48,065 nt of DNA from an uncultured Methanobacteriaceae archaeon (GTDB lineage: Archaea; Methanobacteriota; Methanobacteria; Methanobacteriales; Methanobacteriaceae), in the NCBI GenBank assembly GCA_964547125.1, contig CAZJLS010000005.1, positions 1-48,065 on the forward strand, given 5' to 3'. This document shows positions 29,171-39,031 of this stretch, piece after piece. Under the pieces are notes generated by a model. It worked only from the letters and a program-made list of their open reading frames with translations. It searched no databases and had not been told where the DNA came from. Every line of letters starts with the position of its first letter. Position 1 is the first letter of the stretch. The translations under genes and the position numbers were made by a program.

Positions 29171-29602
29171 TTAGTGTATTACTAAAACATCTGCATCAGA
29201 TCCAGAAACTACTTTTTCTGCTACACTTCCTAATCTGAATTTGTCTAGACTACTTTTTCCAGATGTCGGTATTATTATTAAATCAATTTTTTCTCTTTCT
29301 GCAAAATCTATTATGGCATCTGCTGGTCTTCCAGTTTCTACTTTTGTAGTTACTTTAATTGAGTCATCCATCATATTTTTTAAGTCTATTGCATCTTCTT
29401 TTGCATCATCTGTTATCATGTCATTTAATTCTGCAATTTTTCTTTTACTTTGAAAATGGTGGGGAGTTATGGTTTCTGCAACGGCAAGTATTATTACTTC
29501 ACCCTCTGTTTTACTCATAACATTCATTAGCCTGCTTATTGTGTCTTTTGATTTTTCTGAACCATCGGTTGGGATTAAAATTTTTTTATACATAAGAACC
29601 AC
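29171..29602 (-). CDS. Universal stress protein (UspA family). The start is likely MYKKILIP at about 29590.
   Basis: KKILIPTDGSEKS ... DLIIIPTSGKSSLDKFRLGSVAEKVVSGSDADVLVIH is a canonical Usp ATP-binding motif. Confidence 0.85.
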   Translation of the reverse strand: MVLMYKKILIPTDGSEKSKDTISRLMNVMSKTEGEVIILAVAETITPHHFQSKRKIAELNDMITDDAKEDAIDLKNMMDDSIKVTTKVETGRPADAIIDFAEREKIDLIIIPTSGKSSLDKFRLGSVAEKVVSGSDADVLVIH

Positions 29603-29666
29603 ATAATTATATTTTTATATTAATATATTTTTCTTTAGTTAGTTAAGTTTTTAACTATTTTTTTAT

Positions 29667-30641
29667 TTAATTTTTATTTATTTTTAAAAATTCTTCATAG
29701 TTTTTTGCTTTTAAAATATCTGTAAAGAATTTTTTCTTTATTGGACCTAAATATGACATATAATCTTCATAATATTTGCTTGATTTAATTGCATTGTAGT
29801 CTTTTTTAATTAATGAAAAAAGTTGTTCTGCATATTTTCCATCAATGCTCATTAAAGCATATCTTGGTCCATTGATTTTATATGCTAATAAATCATAGAC
29901 ATATGCATCATACCATTCATTTTCAATGAAAATATCCATTAAAATCTGACCTGCCTTAACAGTATCCAAAAACTTATTATCAACAGAATCAGTTATAGAA
30001 CCAGAATGCTTACGACGGACATATAAAAAATCTCGAATAATAGAAATTCTGGATGCACTTAAATATACATAATAAAAAAAGGGCATATCTTCAAAATGAA
30101 TGCCTTCAGGAAATCTAGCGGAAATATCCTTTAAAAAAGATTTTTTATAAATTTTTTGACAAGCACTAACAGACATATCAAACAAAAAATCATGAGTATC
30201 TGTTGAATTAAAAACAATATTATCAAAAGACTCATCAAAAGAATTTAAACTAAACCAATCACTTTCATAAAACTTATCCGAATAATTAATGATTTTAAAA
30301 AAACTTAAATCAGTATTATTACTAGAGGCTTCATTATAAGCAATTTCTAAAGCATTTTCAACAAAATAATCATCACCATCAAGAAACATTACATAATCTC
30401 CTGATGCTAAATCAAGCCCATAATTTCGACTCGCACCTAAACCTTTATTATCCCAACTAAAAACCTTAATCCTCTCATCATCAAACTCATTAAGAATATT
30501 TAAAGTATTATCATTTGAACCATCATTAATAATAATTAATTCAAAATCTTCTAAACTCTGATTTAAAACAGAAGATACTGACTCTTTAACATAATCCTCT
30601 TCATTATACACACACATTATTATAGAAACTTTAAATGACAT
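29667..30641 (-). CDS. Family 2 glycosyltransferase.
   Basis: VSIIMCVYNEEDYVKESVSSVLNQSLEDFELIIINDGSNDNT plus DGDD-containing GT-A fold motifs (FLDGDD). Confidence 0.85.
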   Translation of the reverse strand: MSFKVSIIMCVYNEEDYVKESVSSVLNQSLEDFELIIINDGSNDNTLNILNEFDDERIKVFSWDNKGLGASRNYGLDLASGDYVMFLDGDDYFVENALEIAYNEASSNNTDLSFFKIINYSDKFYESDWFSLNSFDESFDNIVFNSTDTHDFLFDMSVSACQKIYKKSFLKDISARFPEGIHFEDMPFFYYVYLSASRISIIRDFLYVRRKHSGSITDSVDNKFLDTVKAGQILMDIFIENEWYDAYVYDLLAYKINGPRYALMSIDGKYAEQLFSLIKKDYNAIKSSKYYEDYMSYLGPIKKKFFTDILKAKNYEEFLKINKN

Positions 30642-30714
30642 AGAAATACGCCTATTAAATTAAATATTTTGAATATTATTTCATTCAATATTAATCTTGA
30701 ATTTTTTTTCTTAA

Positions 30715-33700
30715 TTAAATAATCGTTAATTTGCAATTTAAACTAGACGGATAATATAAAATTTCCCCATCATAACTACATTTTATATAATATTCTCCTT
30801 TTGCAAGTTCTAAAGACATGGAAAATTCACCAGCATTATTTGTGATTAAATTATATGTTTTACTTGCACCAGAAGATAAACGTATGATTTTAAGATGTGT
30901 TGTTCTACCAATTAATGGAGTGTTATCCTCCAATGTTAATTTTCCAGATAAAATATTCTTATTCCCATATTTACTAATTTCATCATATGTTACTGTTAAA
31001 ATTGTATTTGTTCTATTATCTGATTTGACTTTAACAGGCATTATTGAAGTGTGAGCATATTTATAATTATTATAACCATCAAATTCTGCTTTTGCAGTGT
31101 AATCTCCTGGAGCTAAGTTAATTTCTAATCTAAAAATGCCTTTGTAATCACTTACCACATTATAAACTTTACTTGCACCTGAAGATAATCTTGTTAAATT
31201 TAATTTTATGTGCTGACCAGATATAGGATTACCATCAATATCAGTTATTTTACCAGTTAAATTCCTAACTTCACCATAAACAGATGTGAAATTATCACAA
31301 GTTAAATTAATATCATTTAAATTTGCAGTGAATGCTTTTAAACAAACATTTGTACCTTTTAAACTTACTTCATCATAATAATTATTTTCATTAAGAATCA
31401 CATTAGTTTTTTTACTTATATCATACCAATTATTCCCATCCTTACTAATATATGATTGACCAGATTGTGCTGTAGCTTTAGAAGACATACCTGAAATGTT
31501 TGTTTCAATAGCAATAGGATAATAAAAATTAGGTGTTGTGAGTTTAACGACAATTTTAAAAACATCTCCAATATCTAAAGGAACATATTTATCTAATTTA
31601 ATAGTATGATATCCTGGCTCAACAATAATACCATTTCCATCAAATTTAAGTTCGTTATTAACATAAACTTTTACTTCATAGTTTGAATTTGCAGAGGGAG
31701 TGATAATAGTAAATGCTTGAAGAGGATTATCAGATATAGAAGTGAAAACATTTGAAAACCATGCAGATTCATTATTAAAACCCATAAAAGCAATAGTATT
31801 ACCTAAAGGATCATATTCATAAATATTTTTATAATTATCTATATTTTCAACATTATTATATGCCATTCCCGTAAAACCATATCCTCCACAGGATGCAAGG
31901 CTTAAATCATAATAAGATATATAATAATATCCATCATCTCCAACATTTGACCCCCAACTATTCTTAATTATGAATGCGCCATTACCTATAGGTTGACCAT
32001 ATCTACTATTAAAATTACTTGCAGAATAATTGTCATCCCACCCCACAAGTACAACCGCATGATTAGCTTCACCCGGCAAAGGTTCATAAATATTAGGATT
32101 ATAATCACTACTAACATAATTAGAACTAGTAGAACGATAAATAACTGCTAAAGCACCATATTTAAGTATTGCAATTTTAATAGCATCCAAATCAGAGATA
32201 TTTTGTCTTAAAGGAATAAATAAAATATCTTGAACATGCTTTATTGTGGTTAAATTATTTGGAGAATATTTAGAATAAGGTTTATATGGATTGTCACTTT
32301 CATTTACCGGACCATCCCATCGTGTAAGATAAGCAGAGGATAGATAATAACTTCCACCATATCTTCCATCAAAATCATAACCTTCATCACCATATTTTCC
32401 CATAATATTAACAAGATTACTGACAGAAAAATTATAATACTCTCCAGTGTTCATTAAAATATTTGATTCCAATGCATCTAAAGCAGCAAACGCCCAGCAA
32501 GTTCCATAACTTCCCTGATCTTTAACAGATGTTACCCAAGAAACATTAGACCCATTAGTTAATGTGATATTTCTTAAATCATAAGTTTTAGGAATAATAA
32601 TATTTATATCATCATAAATATTGCCAGTAAGATATGCATCAAAAATAGCATAAAATGTATTTGAATTGTTTCCAAGAGAAAAATAATTATCTTTAACAAT
32701 ATTATCATTAAATGTTAAAATACCGTTAGGATTATAAATTAAATCATCAATATCATTAGAAACAAACATTTCATTATTAATAATGCTTGAATTAGAAATA
32801 GATAGTAAACCTTTATTTGAGATTACACTACCGAAACCATATTTACCTTTTAAATAATTATTTGATATAATTGTATTGAAAATATTTAAACCTAAAGAAT
32901 TAACATTAAAAATAGCACTAGAAGATATTATATCTCCTAAAACTTTATTTCGATAAAAATAGGAGTTATTAATATTTCCGCAAGATTCATAAAGATATAA
33001 ACCCCCACCATTAGAAGAAGAACCATTAGCAGTATTACCAATAAATGTTAAATTAGATAAATTCATAACACCAAAAGATAAATAAGCTCCAGCACCATTA
33101 ACTGCCATATTGTAATTTATTTTTGAATTAGAAACTGTTAAATATGAATTATTAGTATAAACACCCCCACCATCTTTACTTGCAGAATTATTATAAAAAT
33201 TAACATTATCTATTAAAACATTACATCCTTCAACATACAATGCACCACCATAAACACCTTTATTAGAAATAAAACTAGAATTAATAATGGTCAAATTACC
33301 ATTACCTGCATAAATAGCACCCCCATTATATCCAGAATTATTTTCAAAAACACAATTACGAATAATAAGCGAAAAAACATCCAAAGAAACCCAACGATTA
33401 CTAACATATGATGAATTAATAAAAATAGCTGCACCATCACTAGAACTATGACTTATCATTGCATTTGCATTAGTAATTTTAATATTTGAAATAGAATATG
33501 TGCCTTGATAAAATTTAAAAACCGTGGATAATCCTTTAGCATTAAGGATAACATTATCACCACTACCAATAATATTAACATTATTTCTAAAAGTCAAAGC
33601 CTTACTAATCTTATATTCTCCTTCAGCAATGCATAAATTAGATTTTGAGGAGTGTTTAGAAATAGCATTAACTCCATTAGAAACAGATTTATATGGATGG

Positions 33701-33864
33701 GCTTGTGAGCCATCTTCAAACCAACCCACATATGAACTATTAACAAAAATAGTATTATCACTAGTTAAATTAAAATCTGTTGAATTTAAATTTTCAGATG
33801 CTGCAACATTAACAAAAAATATTATTGTGAAAAATAAAATTATCAATAATCTACTAAACTTCAT
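30715..33864 (-). CDS. Large secreted adhesin-like protein. The N-terminal right-handed beta-helix is followed by a papain-like (C1) cysteine peptidase domain and two C-terminal Ig-like repeats.
   Basis: Signal MKFSRLLIILFFTIIFFVNVAA. Beta-helix N.S..NN repeats. QGSYGTCWAFAALDALES (Cys), NHAVVLVGWDD (His) and IIKNSWGSNVGDDGYYYISY (Asn/Trp) form the C1 triad context. The repeats GQHIKLNLTRLSSGASKVYNVVSDY and GRTTHLKIIRLSSGASKTYNLITNN are shared with 16426..18645. Confidence 0.75.
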   Translation of the reverse strand: MKFSRLLIILFFTIIFFVNVAASENLNSTDFNLTSDNTIFVNSSYVGWFEDGSQAHPYKSVSNGVNAISKHSSKSNLCIAEGEYKISKALTFRNNVNIIGSGDNVILNAKGLSTVFKFYQGTYSISNIKITNANAMISHSSSDGAAIFINSSYVSNRWVSLDVFSLIIRNCVFENNSGYNGGAIYAGNGNLTIINSSFISNKGVYGGALYVEGCNVLIDNVNFYNNSASKDGGGVYTNNSYLTVSNSKINYNMAVNGAGAYLSFGVMNLSNLTFIGNTANGSSSNGGGLYLYESCGNINNSYFYRNKVLGDIISSSAIFNVNSLGLNIFNTIISNNYLKGKYGFGSVISNKGLLSISNSSIINNEMFVSNDIDDLIYNPNGILTFNDNIVKDNYFSLGNNSNTFYAIFDAYLTGNIYDDINIIIPKTYDLRNITLTNGSNVSWVTSVKDQGSYGTCWAFAALDALESNILMNTGEYYNFSVSNLVNIMGKYGDEGYDFDGRYGGSYYLSSAYLTRWDGPVNESDNPYKPYSKYSPNNLTTIKHVQDILFIPLRQNISDLDAIKIAILKYGALAVIYRSTSSNYVSSDYNPNIYEPLPGEANHAVVLVGWDDNYSASNFNSRYGQPIGNGAFIIKNSWGSNVGDDGYYYISYYDLSLASCGGYGFTGMAYNNVENIDNYKNIYEYDPLGNTIAFMGFNNESAWFSNVFTSISDNPLQAFTIITPSANSNYEVKVYVNNELKFDGNGIIVEPGYHTIKLDKYVPLDIGDVFKIVVKLTTPNFYYPIAIETNISGMSSKATAQSGQSYISKDGNNWYDISKKTNVILNENNYYDEVSLKGTNVCLKAFTANLNDINLTCDNFTSVYGEVRNLTGKITDIDGNPISGQHIKLNLTRLSSGASKVYNVVSDYKGIFRLEINLAPGDYTAKAEFDGYNNYKYAHTSIMPVKVKSDNRTNTILTVTYDEISKYGNKNILSGKLTLEDNTPLIGRTTHLKIIRLSSGASKTYNLITNNAGEFSMSLELAKGEYYIKCSYDGEILYYPSSLNCKLTII

Positions 33865-34062
33865 AATTATAATATGATTAGTATATATTGATTGTTAATT
33901 TAATATATTTTTTTAATAAAAAAATATTATAGTTTAAATTATACAACACAATTTAATACAAAAATTACTTTAAAATGTATGTTTTTTTTATGTTTGTACT
34001 ATAAGCTAGATTAAATGTAAAAAAATAAAATTTCCTATTAAAATTAAAAAAAATAAAAAAAA

Positions 34063-34371
34063 TTATAATGATTCAGAGATAACATTTTGATTTTTATTGA
34101 AAAATAATGCATGCCATATATTATCATTATAATTTAACATAGATCCAATTAGATTTTCGTTTTTAATACGATAATCTTCACCTATTCCAATACTTTCAAA
34201 CTTTTCAAACTCATTATCTTCGATAAGTTTAAGAAAGTTATCTGCATCAAATAATATGTCAATATCTGATAAATTTTCATTATTTTTGTAGGTTAAACCA
34301 TCGAGAGCATTACTTTTTATTATTTTTTCATGATATTGCTTGTATATTGATGTGTTAAATACTAATTCCAT
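34063..34371 (-). CDS. Hypothetical 102-aa protein, the last gene of the HIRAN cassette.
   Basis: ORF only. Same strand as, and close to, 34599..35012. Confidence 0.3.
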   Translation of the reverse strand: MELVFNTSIYKQYHEKIIKSNALDGLTYKNNENLSDIDILFDADNFLKLIEDNEFEKFESIGIGEDYRIKNENLIGSMLNYNDNIWHALFFNKNQNVISESL

Positions 34372-34598
34372 GTTTATTAATTGATTATTTATAAAAATTA
34401 TAGTGCCTGTTTGACCTTTATTGTATTTTAAATTTTTAATATAATCAGTAATATCATGTTTTTTATGTTCAAATGTGTCGCTTAATGCTTCTGTTTTTGA
34501 AAATGTTTTTAAATCACATGTTATGTTATTTATTTCGTCCCATATTTCTCTTTGATCTGATTTGTATGCATTTGATTTTTTTAATGAATGATATACTC

Positions 34599-35012
34599 CT
34601 ATATTTTTTTAAATCTTATTCTTCCTGATGCTATGTTGTTTGTTTTTTCAAATTTTGGTGTGTTGTATGCCCATCTTCCTCTTTCTGTGCAACTTACTGG
34701 AACTGGTATTTCTGTTTTTGGCGGTATTAAGACTGTTGTGTTGAGTATACGATTTTGTTTTGCTCCAATGAGTTCTTCACCATCTAATATTAGTAGTGGG
34801 ACATTACTTTCATTTTTAACTTTTAGAGTATCTACAGTTCCTGCTTCATTTATTTCATTTATTTCAACAAGTTCTAAATCTAAGGCTTTTTTTAAGTGCA
34901 ATATATCTGTATTGTTTTCAATATCTGTTTTTAAACCTACTATTGTTATGTTTTCGTAGGTTTGTGGTTTTAAAAATTCAATGTTTGCAAATGTTTTTGT
35001 TAAAACATCCAT
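34599..35012 (-). CDS. Hypothetical 137-aa protein (unknown family) immediately downstream of the HIRAN gene.
   Basis: Conserved-looking block LLILDGEELIGAKQNRILNTTVLIPPKTEIPVPVSCTERGRW. The spacing to the HIRAN gene is 32 nt. Confidence 0.4.
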   Translation of the reverse strand: MDVLTKTFANIEFLKPQTYENITIVGLKTDIENNTDILHLKKALDLELVEINEINEAGTVDTLKVKNESNVPLLILDGEELIGAKQNRILNTTVLIPPKTEIPVPVSCTERGRWAYNTPKFEKTNNIASGRIRFKKI

Positions 35013-35044
35013 ATATTATTCCCCCTTTAATTGTGTTGGTTTTT

Positions 35045-35389
35045 TTATTCTAGATAATGTATGTCGCTATCTTTATTTTTTTGCTCTTCTTCTATTTCTT
35101 TTGGAGTTAATAGTTTGCAGATTATTTCATTTTTTGTTATGAAGCGTATTTTTCCGTAATCTGTATCTGTTATTTTGTCGTATAATCTTCCTGCACTTTG
35201 TGTTCCTCTTACTACTGTGTGAACACTATTTGCAATGTATCCTATTTTTCCAATATATCTCATTTCGACGTGTATCGCTTCGTCATCATATGCATTGTCT
35301 ATTTCTTTTACTAATTTAATAATGCTTCCAACTTTTATTACTTTTGGTTTATCTATATTGGATATTAATGTAAAAAATAAGTTTTCCAT
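35045..35389 (-). CDS. HIRAN-domain protein (114 aa).
   Basis: VGSIIKLVKEIDNAYDDEAIHVEMRYIGKIGYIANSVHTVV fits the HIRAN consensus (L.rEP.NpyD.nAI.V....g.kiGYv). Confidence 0.55.
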   Translation of the reverse strand: MENLFFTLISNIDKPKVIKVGSIIKLVKEIDNAYDDEAIHVEMRYIGKIGYIANSVHTVVRGTQSAGRLYDKITDTDYGKIRFITKNEIICKLLTPKEIEEEQKNKDSDIHYLE

Positions 35390-35547
35390 TTTATATCACC
35401 CTCCAAATATTATTTAAAATTAGTATAAACCAATATATTATTTTTATTATTTAAATTTTATGGAAAATTTATATTTTTCAACAAAAAAGTATAATCATAA
35501 TAATAGAGAAATAATATATAAATGAATTATAATAAAAGGTTGTTAAA

Positions 35548-36606
35548 TTGAAATATAAAACTATAATATTTTTTGCAATTGGTATTGTGATAATGGCCAT
35601 AATGTTGTGGTTTATTGGAATAGAACAAGTATTTGATGCATTGAAATTAGCTAATCCGTTATATATTTTTATTGCAATTTTGATACAATTTGTAATTTAT
35701 ATTTTATTTACTATAAGATGGCAGTTTATAACTAATTTAACTAATAAAAATTTTTCATTTAAACAATTATTACCTATGGTTTTGGTTAGTTTAGCTTTTA
35801 ATAATATAACTCCTAGTGGTAGAGGTGGGGGAGAACCTATAAGAGCATATTTATTAACTAATGAAACTGGAGAGCCATTTTCTGATACTTTTGCAACAGT
35901 GATAACTGATAGGGCATTGGACACTATTCCTTTTGTACTGCTTGCAATTATTACAATAATTGGATTAATAGGACATGTGAGCTTATCTCCAATTATTTTA
36001 TTTATAATGATAATTGCAGTAATAGCAATTGTAGTATTAGTATTTATAGTCATTTATATGTCCATAAATGAGAAATTTGGAGTTAAAATTACAAATTTAA
36101 TAACTAGTTTAGCAATTAGAATATTTAAAAAAAGAGATCCTGAACGTTTAAAAAATAGAATTGAAAAATCAGTAAGTGGATTCCAATCAACAATGCGTGT
36201 TTTAACTACAAATAAGAGAGTATTATATTTTGGTATACCAATATCCTTTTTAATATGGGTGCTTGAGATTTCAAGAGTTTATATTGTATTTTTAGCATTT
36301 GGATGTAATGTAACTCCTATATTAATAGGAGAAATATTTATAGTATCTTCACTTGTAGGTATGATACCATTATTACCTGGAGGTTTAGGTGCAGTTGATG
36401 GTTTTATGATTCTTTTATATAAATCTGCAGGAATATCAACACCTATAAGTGCTGCATCTACAGTAGTTGAAAGATTAATATCTTTTTGGATGACAACAAT
36501 TATTGGATTAATTATACTTCCAAAATATGGTAATCATATACTTGAACAATTATATTCAATATTAAGTAGTGAACCTGAAGAAACAAACGAAACAAGTGAA
36601 TTATAA
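35548..36606 (+). CDS. Flippase-like (UPF0104 / LPG-synthase-TM-like) integral membrane protein.
   Basis: Eight-plus TM helices. ITPSGRGGGEPIRAYLL and LLPGGLGAVDGFMILLY are hallmarks of the UPF0104 family. Confidence 0.7.
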   Translation: MKYKTIIFFAIGIVIMAIMLWFIGIEQVFDALKLANPLYIFIAILIQFVIYILFTIRWQFITNLTNKNFSFKQLLPMVLVSLAFNNITPSGRGGGEPIRAYLLTNETGEPFSDTFATVITDRALDTIPFVLLAIITIIGLIGHVSLSPIILFIMIIAVIAIVVLVFIVIYMSINEKFGVKITNLITSLAIRIFKKRDPERLKNRIEKSVSGFQSTMRVLTTNKRVLYFGIPISFLIWVLEISRVYIVFLAFGCNVTPILIGEIFIVSSLVGMIPLLPGGLGAVDGFMILLYKSAGISTPISAASTVVERLISFWMTTIIGLIILPKYGNHILEQLYSILSSEPEETNETSEL

Positions 36607-37172
36607 TGGAAATTAGTTCTGAAGAAATGGAGAAAACTATAAAAAATATTTATAAAACTTTAGATAAAGTTTCTCCAGTAGATTTTGATTGTGGGAAACT
36701 TTGTGGAGAAGTTTGTTGCACATATGATGCAGATGATTATCATAATGATGAATTAGCACTTTATCTTTTACCTGGTGAAGAGCTAATGTATTTGGAAAGT
36801 GATAGTTTTGAATTATATTATATTGATTCTGATGAAATTGCTTATCCACATTCGTGGAAAGGTAAAATATATCTTGTTAAGTGTAAAAATCCTCCCAAAT
36901 GTGATAGGAATATTCGACCTATTCAATGTAGGACTTTTCCTTTAATTCCCCATATTTCTAAGGATAATAAGTTTCATTTGATTTTTGATGAAACTGAATT
37001 TCCATATAAATGTCCTATTATTCATGAACATATTAAGTTGAATGATGATTTTATACGTGAAACTTATAAAGTTTGGAGTGTTTTGATAAAAAATCCTTTA
37101 GTTTATGATTTAATTGATATGGATTCAAGAAAAAGAGAAAATAAGAAAACTGATTATGAAATAGTGATTTGA
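36606..37172 (+). CDS. YkgJ/UPF0153-like CxxCxxCC zinc/iron-chelating domain protein, translationally coupled to the flippase-like gene.
   Basis: FDCGKLCGEVCCT, then IRPIQCRTFPLIP (RP..CR.FP pattern). Its ATG overlaps the upstream stop (TAATG). Confidence 0.45.
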   Translation: MEISSEEMEKTIKNIYKTLDKVSPVDFDCGKLCGEVCCTYDADDYHNDELALYLLPGEELMYLESDSFELYYIDSDEIAYPHSWKGKIYLVKCKNPPKCDRNIRPIQCRTFPLIPHISKDNKFHLIFDETEFPYKCPIIHEHIKLNDDFIRETYKVWSVLIKNPLVYDLIDMDSRKRENKKTDYEIVI

Positions 37173-37194
37173 AAATTTTAGTTTGGCTTATAAT

Positions 37195-37779
37195 TCAGTC
37201 TTTAATGTAAAATCCTGTTAATAAACTCCAGATAATTAGAGTATAGACAGATAATCTCTCAAAAACAGGCATGAAAATAGAATCCATGTTGAAAAACATA
37301 ATCCAAAATATTATCAAACCAATTAATCCCAATATCAAAGTAATTTTAGCATAACTATTAAATTCGTTTAGAGATTTTGAGATTATTAATAATAATATAT
37401 TTCCTCCAAGAATTGCCATTACTGCACCTAAACTGTGATAATTAGCAGTTAACGGATTACCTCCATGAATTAAAGCAACTATAATAACTCCAATTGAAGT
37501 AATGAATGTTAAAATATAAAAAATAATCTTATTTTTCATTATATAATCCTTAAATTTATATAAATTGCCAAAAATTAAGGTTAAACCGATTATTATAAAT
37601 GCTGAATTCATTAACCAGAATAATGGAGAGTTAATTCCAGGAATTCCTAGTTCAGAGATAGTGTGAAAAATATATGTATTAAATAAAGAAGCTTTGAAAA
37701 AAATAGCTGAAATAAATTCTCCAATAATATAATAAAAACTTCCAAATATAAAAACTAAACCTGCAATCTTACTTTTCAT
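37195..37779 (-). CDS. Hypothetical polytopic membrane protein (DUF998-like).
   Basis: Five to six TM helices. HTISELGIPG motif. Confidence 0.35.
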   Translation of the reverse strand: MKSKIAGLVFIFGSFYYIIGEFISAIFFKASLFNTYIFHTISELGIPGINSPLFWLMNSAFIIIGLTLIFGNLYKFKDYIMKNKIIFYILTFITSIGVIIVALIHGGNPLTANYHSLGAVMAILGGNILLLIISKSLNEFNSYAKITLILGLIGLIIFWIMFFNMDSIFMPVFERLSVYTLIIWSLLTGFYIKD

Positions 37780-38030
37780 GACAAAAATAACTCTCCGAAA
37801 ATATTTTTAAACTTGTTATATAGATATTATAATTTACTAGTTTATGATATTTCCTAAAAAAAATATAGTAATATTGAGTATTTTAAATTTAGGTTTTTGG
37901 GAATTGATAAGATATTAAAGATTTATAAGATAATATAGTAAATTAAAAAGGAGAAATTACTATTTCTAGAAAAGACAATTTTATTTACGGTTTAAAAAAA
38001 GGAATTCCAATTACTTTTGGTTACATCCCA

Positions 38031-38654
38031 ATGGGTATTGGTTATGCTGCTATTGCAATAAAAGCAGGTTTTAGTTCTATTCAAACCGTTTCAATGTCTT
38101 TTTTAGTTTATGCAGGTGCTGGTCAGATAATTGCTGCAACTATGGCTTTAAGTGGTGCAACTGCAATGACTATTATTTTAACTAATTTTGTTGTGAATTT
38201 AAGGTATTTTGTGATGTCCACATGTGTTTTAAATAAGGTTAAAAATTCTAATTTAGGTTTAAATATATTAGCTGCACATGTTACTGTTGATGAGTCATTT
38301 GCAATGTTTTCTTTAAGTGAAGATACTTCTATTTGGACATATCTGGGAATTTCTATTATTGCCTGGTTGTCTTGGTGTTTAGGTGCTGGAATTGGTGTTG
38401 TTGTTTTAGATCTGCTTCCAATAATTGTGACAAATAGTTTTAATATTTCATTATATGCATTATTTGTAGCTATGTTGGTTCCAGCAATTAAAAATAATAA
38501 ACAGATAGCCATTGTAGTTTTGATAACTGCTATTTTGAATGTTGTTTTATCTCAAATTATTGGTAATTGGTCATTGATTGTATCTACACTTATTGGTGCG
38601 ATTATTGGAATGTATATTGTTGATGATGAATATTTAATTTCAGGTGATATTTAA
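38031..38654 (+). CDS. azlC: AzlC-family branched-chain amino acid transport protein. The real start is probably upstream and non-ATG.
   Basis: GYIPMGIGYAAIAIKAGFSSIQTVSMSFLVYAGAGQ is the AzlC signature. The in-frame upstream FIYGLKKGIPITF matches the AzlC N-terminal consensus but has no ATG. Confidence 0.75.
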   Translation: MGIGYAAIAIKAGFSSIQTVSMSFLVYAGAGQIIAATMALSGATAMTIILTNFVVNLRYFVMSTCVLNKVKNSNLGLNILAAHVTVDESFAMFSLSEDTSIWTYLGISIIAWLSWCLGAGIGVVVLDLLPIIVTNSFNISLYALFVAMLVPAIKNNKQIAIVVLITAILNVVLSQIIGNWSLIVSTLIGAIIGMYIVDDEYLISGDI

Positions 38655-38968
38655 TGGATTATATTAATTTAATAATTCTTGGATGTGCAATTGTTACTTT
38701 TATTCCTAGATTGATTCCTGCATTATTTATTGATAAGTTAAATTTTTCACCTAAATTTGAGAAATTTCTTAATTTAATTCCTTATACTGCTCTTGCTGCT
38801 TTAATATGTCCCGGTGTTTTAACTGTTGATAATAAGTTATGGTATATTGGTTTGATTGGTGCAGTTGTTGCTGCAGGTTTAGCTTGGAAGAAGGTTCCTC
38901 TTGGTGCTATTGTTATTCTAACTGTTGTTGTTTTAATTACTGTTTATTCTATTGTTCCATTGTTTTAG
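38654..38968 (+). CDS. azlD: AzlD-family branched-chain amino acid transport protein.
   Basis: About 100 aa with 3-4 TM helices. ATGG/TAATG overlap with azlC, which is the classic azlCD arrangement. Confidence 0.7.
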   Translation: MDYINLIILGCAIVTFIPRLIPALFIDKLNFSPKFEKFLNLIPYTALAALICPGVLTVDNKLWYIGLIGAVVAAGLAWKKVPLGAIVILTVVVLITVYSIVPLF

Positions 38969-39031
38969 ATAATTGTATTTATCAATATTAATTTATATAA
39001 TATCATATAAAATTAAGTAATAAGTGATTAA

